Assembly: GCA_047495785.1 (NCBI GenBank)
Contig: JBLDXI010000030.1
Coordinates: 930,001 to 994,000, forward strand
Length of the DNA: 64,000 nt
Origin: Lepidodermella squamata
Lineage: Eukaryota > Animalia > Gastrotricha
Reading direction: 5' to 3'
This document shows, piece by piece, positions 1 to 9,675 of this stretch; the stretch's first letter is position 1, and the number at the start of each line of letters is the position of its first letter. The notes under the pieces are model-generated. The model saw nothing but the letters and a program-made list of their open reading frames with translations, ran no database searches and was not told where the DNA came from. A program made the position numbers and the translations under genes.

Positions 1-390
1 GATCCCAGGAGTCCAAATATCTAACGCCGATGTCATGAACGAGAGCCCGGCCGGATCGACAGTCTTGCACTCCGTTTCAGATAGCAAATCGGTGCATTTA
101 GGAGTTTCGCATGGCAATTCCCAATTCAGAGCCAGAGATGCGAGTAAAGACAGCTTTTGATCCACATCGTCGATTCCAACAAACCGATGAAGGGCAATTT
201 TGATGTTGACGACAAGCGGGCCACTTCTGTTAGAATGGAGCGCTTGTTCCAACGTTAAACTTTTAGAACGAGCTGCTGGGCAAAATTTAACGTATTTCGC
301 CTCGAACTCTTCAGCAGGCGAAAAAGCAGCTCCCATTGAAGATTGCCCAACTACACTAAACGTGCTCAGTATAACTATAAGCGATACCAT
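1..390 (-). CDS. Cys-loop pLGIC subunit, subfamily A, 5' part (runs off window start)
   Basis: Manual translation from ATG 390: MVSLIVILSTF...KFCPAARS...HRFVGIDDVDQKLSL...NWELPCETPKCTDLLSETEC...DIWTPGI; colinear with the 5850-7022 protein. Confidence 0.85.
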   Translation of the reverse strand, partial: MVSLIVILSTFSVVGQSSMGAAFSPAEEFEAKYVKFCPAARSKSLTLEQALHSNRSGPLVVNIKIALHRFVGIDDVDQKLSLLASLALNWELPCETPKCTDLLSETECKTVDPAGLSFMTSALDIWTPGI

Positions 391-646
391 GTCGGTTAAG
401 GTTAAGCTTTTCGATCTGGAAGCAAGCATTCTCCGTTGATGATTGCTCGTTAAATAAAGCTCATCGATCAAGCAAACCATCGCGTCAAATTTCCTGTTAA
501 ACGTTGGCATGGATTTAACTCCACGGAAATCAAGATACCAAGATAGTCATCGTGAATCGTGAGCAATTTAATCTCACTTCTGCACCTTGCACTCTTCTAG
601 CTCTTGAACTATAGCCAGAACTACAGATTTTCGCGTTTCGCCTCTA

Positions 647-1498
647 CAGGGTGTTCGCGTAGTAATACTCTAACTAAATTTAGATGAGATCGAAGTCCAA
701 GCTATTTTTAGTTGCACTAATGATGCGGCGTGGTTATTATTTTTGTCTTAGTCTGGTCAACAAATTTTGTCAGTCAGCAAATTTTTTATTTGCAATAAAA
801 ATCAAGATTAAGATGCCTCGATACCAACAATATACTGCTGTGCAGCGTGCCGAAATGGTAGAACTGTATTTCACTAATGGTAGTAATGCTCACGCAGTCG
901 AGCGAATTTTCAAAGAAAAATATCCAAAATCAACCCTCACCTACCACACGGTTCTCTACCAAGTGAAAAAACTGCGGGAATCAGGGGATTTAAAAGATCA
1001 TAAACAACCAGGTCGTTCTCCAAGTGTTGTCACCCCTGACAATGAAAACAAAGTCCTTGAATTCATTGAATTGAACCCGAAGGCCTCGCTGACTGAAATG
1101 TCGCGAACGTTGATTATCGGGAGAACATCGATTCACAAAATTTTATCCCTAAACAATTTCCACCCGTACAAAATGGTTTTCACCCAGGCTCTGCAAGTCG
1201 AAGATTACCAGAAAAGGGTAAATTTCTGCAACTGGCTGCTAGAAAAAGAGGACGATGAGCTGGAACATTTTTTGACGCAAATTCTTGTCGGCGATGAGGC
1301 GCTGTTCCGTGTGAATGGCTACTTCAATAAGCAAAATGTTCGTTATTGGTCAAAGGCTGGCCAAAATCCTCATGCGGTAATCGATGCAAATGATCAGAGC
1401 GCTGAGAGAGTAATGGTTTGGTGTGGCATATGGGGGGATAGCGTGATTGGCCCATTCTTTTACGATCGATCTGTAACAGGACAATCTTACTTGGAAAT
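647..1498 (+). mobile_element. Truncated Tc1/mariner (Tc3-like, DUF4817-HTH type) transposon with transposase fragment
   Basis: TA|CAGGGTGTT terminus at 645-655; ORF from ATG 813 with HTH region, GRSP, HPYK, GDEALFRVNGYFNKQNVRYW and VMVWCGIW...IGPFF motifs; homology stops at SVTGQSYLE (~1497), before the remaining catalytic residues. Confidence 0.85.
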
Positions 1499-1857
1499 TG
1501 GCGACATTTCCTATACATTCGTTGCGCTTTCGACACGATTTGATCTTCAGTGCGTCCAGGAAAACGAAGTAAAAACCACTTGTCCCGCTTTTCGTACCGT
1601 CGGACACGCCCGATAGTCGGATATGCACCGGCTTTCACGCACGCATCAACAAATAGGCTGATGTCCGTAACTTCATCTTCAGTCCATGAAGAATTTGAGG
1701 AAATCACTAAAAATTGAATTTTAAAATTTGTAACCTTAATGAAATAACCCTTACGGAGCTCAGCAGCCTCCATTGCATCTTCTATTACTGGAGGAGGTGG
1801 AGGTAAGCCTAATCTTTCAAAACGCGGCTGTTCCGGTTGTTGTTTTTTTGGAGCCAT
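1498..1857 (-). other. Myb/SANT-like gene fragment fused tail-to-tail with the transposase
   Basis: WTEDEV...FPGRTEDQIVSKAQRMY resembles a Myb/SANT helix-turn-helix; possible in-frame 48-nt GTAAG..TTTTTAG intron; TATAAAAA at 1928-1921 upstream. Confidence 0.4.
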
Positions 1858-2833
1858 GTGCGGATAAAAACTTATGCGAAATTTTACGGAAAATTTTTAA
1901 ATGACGCACATATACCGGGGTTTTTATAGCGCAGTGGCAATCGCCCAGATCGTTCAGATCGGACAGATCGCACGGTTCTGCACGTCTTGCCAACGTTTTT
2001 TTCCTTGTTTTTTACTTGATCGCGCCTCATTAATGCAGCAATTTTTTGTGTTCTATTTTGGGCAGAGTATTATTACGCGAACGCACTGTATATTGATTCT
2101 AAGGTTGAATGGTCATATTTTAGTGCCAAGTGAAGAACGATTTGATACAGGGTGCGATCTTGGATCTTGGAGGTGGTGCCACAACAACATTTTTCCCAGA
2201 ATGACCCAAAGTTATTAAAACGCAACAGCTGGCTAAATTTTCATTTTCATTATCGATTATATATGATCGATCGACTGACCAGTTTACATCAACTCAGCCT
2301 TATTCTATTGTTTCTTCATAGCTTCTTCATATCGGCTATCGGCTATATCAAGAACAAATGTTATTGGGGAAGCACCAATAGGTTTATATAACAATAATAT
2401 GCAATTTATATTATATATTAGATCATGGGAAAAACAACACAACCTGTACAAACTATGTTTTTTTCCAATTTTTCAGGCCTGTGTAAACAGTGTGTTAAAA
2501 CATACTTTCCGTATAAACAGATTCATCAAACATCTCCAACTCTGGCTCCGAAACGTACTAGTACTAGTTCATTACTCATTGCGTTAGTATCCTCGAATTA
2601 CGATCGAATGAGTCATCAAAGCGGCTTTTTATGGCGCGTCGCTAATGATGTCATATCCGTTCGACTTTTTCGCAAAACGAGATATTCGGGAAAAAAACAT
2701 GTTTGTCCCAATAATTTAATTTCCGATATAATCGCGCATCTCCGTTGACGTAGCGGTATTATTGCTTTTTCCACTCCTTTCATAATGTTGCGGCGCTGCC
2801 ATCGAATCAGTCGGGTGGAATTCTACCAGGACA

Positions 2834-4111
2834 ATGAAGATTACGTCGATCATCACTGTTGCTGTGTGCTTACGTGCAGTAAAGTGTGATGGCAGCGTTT
2901 CTGGTTCGATGCGGGAAGACCTTCTCGAGACTTTCCCTGAAATTAACGCGCCGAATTTACCCGTTGATAGCATGGCAACTTGCGGGACGAAGCTCAACAT
3001 AACACTTGCGATTCACTTTACCAGATTGGTCGGCATCAACGAGCTAGAAAAAACGTATAATCGTATATATCTCGAGTCTCAATCTTCATAAACATGTTAA
3101 TAGGCTGTCAGTGTACGGAATAAATCGATTCCGTTGGCCGTACAATTGTGGAGAGCCGTTCGAATGTTCGATATTTCGAAACGAATCGTCAAGAAAAAGT
3201 TGCGAGAAGAATCGCGTCTCTGTCAACATACCCCGGCCATTGGGGAAGCCTGACGACAACCCGGTTTGGTATCCCCAAATGATACATGAGAATGGTCACT
3301 CAACGAGCCGTCCTTTCGAACAGTAAGGAAATATCATGTATTTTTTTGTCTCGAGAATTTTCTAAAGCCCGTTTTGTTTTTTAGAATGGCAACGGCCGCA
3401 AGTCTAATGTCCATGTCGGATAGGCGGCTTTATGGCTTCCTGGTCACTCCAGGGACCATCACATCCATTTGCGATACGAAATTTGCCAAATTCCCCTTCG
3501 ACGTCTTTGAATGTTCCATCCTTCTCACATCGTTGGATTATTACGAATTTTCTAATATTGTCTACGATGATCCAGATTTTAACCCGGCCTTAGTCGCAGA
3601 CAGTGACATATGGGTATTCCAAGAGGGCGGCATAATTCGAAACTACGCATATCAAAATGAGGGATTTACAACACAACACGTTAGCATCAGGTTTGTTTTC
3701 AATCGAAAACCAGGCTACTACGTCTTCACGGTGTTTGTCCCGACATACGGCCTATTCCTCACGCAACTCCTATGCTTGGTTTTGCCGCCAGAAATGCCTG
3801 ATAGACCTGCATTCAGCATGACTGTTGTCTTGGCTAACTCCGTCACTCTCAGCTTTTTGATAACCCAGATCCCGGTCACCTCAGAAATCATATACGTTGT
3901 AATTGGAATTCTGATGAAATACCTCGCTGGACTGGTTATGACTGGCTACATGCTGGTAGCTTGCTACTACGCCCAAGCCCCTGGTAGGCTGATAAAATTT
4001 GGCAATTTTCGGATGACTGCTGTTCGATACATTGACCTGGCTATTACCATATTCACCATTTTTGCCACAACAATTGTTGATATCATCGTATTTTTGATGA
4101 TGACTGCTTGA
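2834..4111 (+). CDS. Cys-loop pLGIC subunit, subfamily B, intact (388 aa)
   Basis: Exons 2834-3054, 3104-3322, 3385-4111; phase-2 GT-AG introns of 49 and 62 nt; signal peptide, WYP loop A, CDTKFAKFPFDVFEC Cys-loop, RKPGYY pre-M1, four TM helices. Confidence 0.92.
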
Positions 4112-4384
4112 TAGTTGGGATTATGATAGGACAGACTAGAATAGGATAGGAAGTTACGAGGGCTACAAGGCTTGATGCTTTTTTAATTTCTCACTCGAAT
4201 AATTCTTTAATACTATCTTGTTAACCTCGGGGAATGTGAGGAGAATGTGTGAGTGATCTCATAATCGAACAAATTTTTACTACTGTCGGCCTGCGGCCTT
4301 TGACAGGCAACGGAGAGCCCCTTTTTACATGCAAATAAATTTGATTGAAGATCTAATCCAACTCCTTGACTTTACTGAAACCTG

Positions 4385-5258
4385 GATTGAAGCGTGAATC
4401 CATCTGGCGTAACAAACCGTGATTCTTCGGCAATGCCGCTCAGATAAGTCCACACGTCGCTCGAATCTACGAAGTCTGCTAGCGCCTTAATGTCATCGAG
4501 TGAGCGAACTGAAAATTCCTCTTCATCCATTGATGTTAGCTTAATGGAACACTCGAAATCGTCGAACGCGAATTTCGCGAATTTCGTGCTACAAATCGAT
4601 GTCATGATCCCAGGGGCTACAAGGTACATTATACTTCCGTTATGCAGGTCAAAGTTCACGCGTGATCAAAACGTGTGATCAAAACACAATGACCTACCCA
4701 TAAAGGCCTCCGTCGGCCATTGCCGTAACCTGAAAAGCTGATGCCATCCTAAAACCTCAAGTTTATGACTCTAAATTCCTAATGCTAAATTTTCATCACT
4801 CACTGTTCGAATGGACGGGTCGTTTCGTAGCCATTGTGGTGGAGATCAAAGGATGGCCTTAGCTGGCTGAAAAGCGATTATTTTCGCACATTTTGATTGA
4901 TAATTCATTCTGTAGTATTGAGCAGTTGAACCGCCTACTGCCGCAATCAACTGGCCAGGTAATTCGGAACACTCCATACAGTGTCATGCTTAAGATCGAG
5001 AGGAAGTAACTTCAGAAAGCAATTTTTCAAGTCGACTTACGTTGTTTCGACCTCTGTTATTGCGACAAGGTTGGTGAATAATGCTCGCATGGAGATGTTC
5101 AACTGCTGCCCGCAAAAGGCTACTATAAACGGGTAGGTTAGGGGAGCTTACGTCCGGAAATGCTGCGATGATGTCTTAACGAATCAAAGCAGCAACGGAA
5201 CGTTGACAGGACACTAAATGAAGATGCGTCACAATGAATAGCGAAAGTAAAGGTTCAT
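4385..5258 (-). pseudogene. Subfamily B pLGIC pseudogene
   Basis: Paralog of 9676-11313; exon 1 has frameshifts and an in-frame TAA, exon 2 has a deletion, ~68-bp insertion at 4627-4694 in exon 3, TM region absent. Confidence 0.85.
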
Positions 5259-5849
5259 TGCGGCTGTAACCTTATAGAAGCCTTATGGAAGCAGGGATAG
5301 GTTAGAAATAATGGCATGATGATGCTGAACGCAACCCTATCCGGATATTGGATTCAGAGAGCCTTCGAACCAGCATTTCAATTTCAATAAAACTCTCGAA
5401 CTCATGTTAACTTTTCGAATACGTAGTGGCATCCGTAAACGGCAACAAATCGATAAATTCTTTGTTTTCCCGCACATGGGAAAAAATCAATTGCAAACTC
5501 TGTTCACGATTGATATCGACGAAAAGGTAATACTTTCGTATTATAATCTTCAGCATATCCCTCACAGTCCCTCAAGGCAGTCCCTCACAGGAGCGACTGG
5601 AGGACGTGAAATGAATTTTTAAACCGTTTTATTTTTTGAAGTTTAAATGAAAATCGCATGCGTTTCGAAGTCAGCCTGCGGTCGAGAAATATCTCATGAA
5701 ACCAAAATCAAGCTACAAAACTTAAGAGGGAAACCGTGATGTAATTGCAAATTTATGATTATTAATAAGTAATTCGAAGTAACAGCGGAATAGAAAAGCT
5801 TTCAGTGATCAGATTGGATGATGATTGGAATACCTATAGATAACGTCCT

Positions 5850-7022
5850 TCAAGATAACATCCGGGAGAAAAGAGCAGCGTCCATAGCCATTACAACCAG
5901 GCCTGCCGTTAATGCCACCGCCAGGTCCAGAAGCCGATGCATTGGTATCGTCACTGATTTATGCAGTTTGACAACTCGAGATTTCACAGACTCAGAGATA
6001 CTAGGGCTGAAGCAAGTATATGCCGTGATTATAACTGCAACGACGAATTTAACCGCTATCATGTAGACAAGGTAGACGTGAGCCGATGTTGTTGGCATCA
6101 TGCCAAAAATCAAGGTCAGAAAAACAATATAAGACAATACGACAGTTACGCAGAAAGATGATTGGTCCCTGTTTATGGGCTCGGCAATCAAAGAGACGAC
6201 TTGAAGAATGAATAGCGTAATGGTTGGTACGAATATGTTGCAGACGTAGTAGCCACTTTTGCGACGAAATCGGATCGTCATGTTAATTCGGCTAACACTA
6301 AAGGTACCTTTAGCCTGCGCACATACATAGCTACTATATTCGAGTGGCTCGACAACTGACCATATGTCAGTGTCCACGATGAAGGTATCTCGGGCGGAGA
6401 CATCGATATCAAATGATTGAAGGTTGAACTTCACGTCTTTTATAACATCAGCGGATTCAAAAACTAGCGTGCAGGCTTGCGTGTCAAAAGGGAATTTGCG
6501 GTAGCTGAAATCAGTGCAGGAGACGTCGAATCGGTCGAAAACGTTGTAACCCATCTCACTCAATGGCATGAATGGAAAGATCGTGACCCGGTCGCTTGAT
6601 TTGCGATTGAAAGCAGGAGATTCACTCGCAGTCAAGTGATAGATCCCTGGAGTCCAAATATTTAACGCAGGGACCATGAAGAAGAGGTCGGCGGGATCGA
6701 GTATATCGCACTCGTTTTCGGATAGCAAATCCGTGCATTTAGGAATTTCGCATGGCAAGCCCCAATCCATGGTCAGAGATGCGACTAAAGACAACTTTTG
6801 CTCCACGTCGTCGATTCCAACAAACCGATGGAGGGCCATTGTGATGTTGACGACTATCGGACGGCTGCCATTAGAATAAAGCAATTGATCAAACGTTAAA
6901 CTTGTGGACCGAACTGATGGGCAGAATTTAGCAAGTCGCTCTTCAAAGTCTATTACTGTTGATATGGCATCCCCAATTGGCGCGTGCTCAGCCACCATCA
7001 ACATAACTAGGAGCGATTTCAT
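5850..7022 (-). CDS. Cys-loop pLGIC subunit, subfamily A, intronless, intact (390 aa)
   Basis: Single ORF: signal peptide, IWTP, CTDFSYRKFPFDTQAC, RRKSGYY, M1 Pro, M2 TVVL, M2-M3 MPTTS, M3, short loop, M4. Confidence 0.92.
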   Translation of the reverse strand: MKSLLVMLMVAEHAPIGDAISTVIDFEERLAKFCPSVRSTSLTFDQLLYSNGSRPIVVNITMALHRFVGIDDVEQKLSLVASLTMDWGLPCEIPKCTDLLSENECDILDPADLFFMVPALNIWTPGIYHLTASESPAFNRKSSDRVTIFPFMPLSEMGYNVFDRFDVSCTDFSYRKFPFDTQACTLVFESADVIKDVKFNLQSFDIDVSARDTFIVDTDIWSVVEPLEYSSYVCAQAKGTFSVSRINMTIRFRRKSGYYVCNIFVPTITLFILQVVSLIAEPINRDQSSFCVTVVLSYIVFLTLIFGMMPTTSAHVYLVYMIAVKFVVAVIITAYTCFSPSISESVKSRVVKLHKSVTIPMHRLLDLAVALTAGLVVMAMDAALFSRMLS

Positions 7023-7429
7023 GTCAGTTATAGCGTTGGAATTGAATGCACGTGCAAGGATTCTCCGTTGTATTCTTGTTTAAGTAAAACTCATCGATAA
7101 AGCAAGCCGTCACCACCAATTTCCGGTTAAACTTTGGCATCTGCATGAATTTAACTCCACGGATATTAATGGAATCGATGGAATGCTGTTAAATTTTAAT
7201 CTCACCTTTCTATCACCAAAATCCTTAGCCTTTGAACTTCATCCAGTAAATGAAATACAGTAAATGTTCAAGAAATAATGGTTGGGCTATTTTTGGAATT
7301 GAACTTTGGCCAGACGACACGCAATTGATGACAGCGACCTATTTCCACTTTGACATCAAACCTTGACCTCGTCGTTTTACGTCTGCTTCTAACATGTTAT
7401 CGATATCGATCATAGTAACGAATTTTCCA

Positions 7430-7640
7430 TGAAATCGGTTTTTTCGGTAGTGTATAATTAGGCGGTTTTAGACCTTTCAAGTTGAAATTTTCAAATAAAA
7501 CCGACAAAACCGCTTCCTTTGTCAAATAATACATTTCTGTGATTCTAGCATATATAAAAACTGGTTTTTCCACCGGTTTAAACCGGTTTATACCGAAGAG
7601 TGGTTTTTTCAACAAAAAAACCGGTCGGTATTTTACACTG
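7430..7640. mobile_element. Probable MITE end (AACCG/CGGTT-rich) abutting a 5'-truncated B gene; also at 16988-17198
   Basis: Ends ...CCGGTCGGTATTTTACACTG directly against the exon 2 remnant; many internal AAACCG/CGGTTT motifs; partner TIR not found. Confidence 0.4.
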
Positions 7641-8454
7641 CGTGAAAATGGCTTCACAACGAGTCGTCCTTTCGAAGGGTAAGGAAATATAGTGTTCACG
7701 TAAAGGTTTTGCAAAAACCTGTTGATGTATTTCAGAATGACAACGGCTGCAAGCCTAATTTATTTTTCGCATAAGCGGCTTTACGGTTATATAGTAGCTC
7801 CGGGGAGCATCACATCCATTTGTGATACGAAATTTTCCAAATTCCTCTTTGGCGTATTTGACTGTTCGATCGTCCTTCCTTACGTCATTGGATTTTAACG
7901 AATTTTCAAATATACTCTTGAATACCCCTGACGTGGCTTGGGGCTTGGGGCTTTGTCTCAGAATGCGACATATGGGTTTTATAGAGCGTTACCTTGAACC
8001 AGGATTACTTCAATCAACAGGATAGATTTACCACCGCATCAACGTCGGTCCGATTTGTTTTCAATCGAAAACCAGGCACGTATTCATTGTGTTTCGGCTT
8101 GTTCATCACGCAGCTCCTATACCTTGTTTTGCCTCCTGAAATGCCTGACAGACCTGCATTCAGCATGACCGTCGTATTGGCCAACTTCGTTACTCTCGGC
8201 TTTTTGATCAATCAGGTCCCTGTTACGTCGGAAATCATATACGTTGTAATTGGAATTCCGATGAAATATATCGCCGGGCTGGTTATGATGACTTGCTACA
8301 TGCTGGTCCCTTGCTACTACGCCAAAACACCTTGCAAACTGATCAAGGTCTGGAAATTGCGAATGACTGCTGTTCGCTGTTCGGTACTTCGACCTAACTC
8401 TTACCATACTTATTGTTATTGCCACAACAATAGTTTTTGATGATGACTGCCTAA
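7641..8454 (+). pseudogene. Subfamily B pLGIC pseudogene (end of exon 2 plus frameshifted exon 3)
   Basis: ENGFTTSRPFEG|gt, then MTTAASL...CDTKFSKFLFGVFDC with several frameshifts; downstream sequence homologous to that of 33547-34827. Confidence 0.87.
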
Positions 8455-9675
8455 ATCGTCGCATCGGACGGGATACGAAGATTTCACGGCTACATGACTT
8501 TGATGATTTCTGAATTCTTTTCTCAACAATGTATTCTTTGTAGTATTCATTATTTTTTTTCAACTTGAGTGGGCTGAATTAGATCACTTTTATCAAATCA
8601 ATTTTCATATTCAACTTCAATGGAGTTCCTCGTCAAATTTCAAATGCCACAGGCCGCCAGTTTTAATTATTTCATATCAAAATGTGATCGCCTTAGAAAA
8701 TGTTTCAATATTGTACGAATTTGTCACTGGTACATATGCATGCAATGATCTAATTCTTTCTTTCTTTCTCGAGATCATGTTGAGAATGACGGGTAACTTG
8801 TATTTATGGTCGATTAATGTTCTTGCTGATTGCTGTGGATACGGCTTACCTCCTCTTGCACAAACCGACTTGCACAAACTCATTTGCACGAAATGCCAGT
8901 TCACGGTCGTCGCCAGTTTTCAATTAAATAGCTGCACGGTGCATGTCAAATGACCAGAACTGACAATTTCGGTTGTTTATAAGCTCATTTCTCACACTTT
9001 AAGCGTCCAATAAAAATGGTTTTTGTTAAAATGCGCTCTTTGGTTCAAATTGTTGCTTTGCTAGTTCCAATCCCTTAATAGAGCCTGGTTCGTCCAGTAA
9101 TTCAGTGATTTGGATTCTAACAGAAATTAAAAATAAAAGATCCAACTTGAAACGCGAAGCTCCAGGCGGAAATAGCGCATGGAATGCGCAGGATATTTTC
9201 GGCGACATTAGGCAATTTTAGTTAAGAAACGCTTTTAAAAAGGCTTGGAAAAAGCGTGGTAAATGAAAAGAAAAATTAGGCAGCTGCTAGGAAAACGCTA
9301 AAAAACAAGGTGGAAACAAGTTATCGAATTGTTAGAAGGAAGATTAGAAATAGAGCAGCTTTCATAGGAAATTAGGCGATTTTCAGTTTCTGCACATGAA
9401 GGCCTGCATGTTTTGCAGCCCTGGGATCAGGTAAAGTGTTATGGGATCAAGGCAACTCATTTTAACATCAGTGAGAAAGCGCTCGTAAATTGGCAAGTTC
9501 AACTCAGCAAACTACGAGGGAGCTGTAAATGTGATAAGCCCCAGAGTTCCTTGTCTCGTGAAAATTGTTACTTGTAGCATTTTTGCATTAATGGTAGTCT
9601 CAAGTTTATTCAGCATTAAAATGATTAACGCATCGTTTCACATTATGCCCTATTTCACCCACGTGACACCTGGTT

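Noticed and set aside
2146-2160. TACAGGGTG as the right TIR of the Tc3-like element
   Set aside because: Same orientation as the left end at 645, so not an inverted partner
5850-7022. Assigning nAChR alpha or other gene symbols
   Set aside because: No vicinal cysteines or aromatic box; orthology cannot be supported
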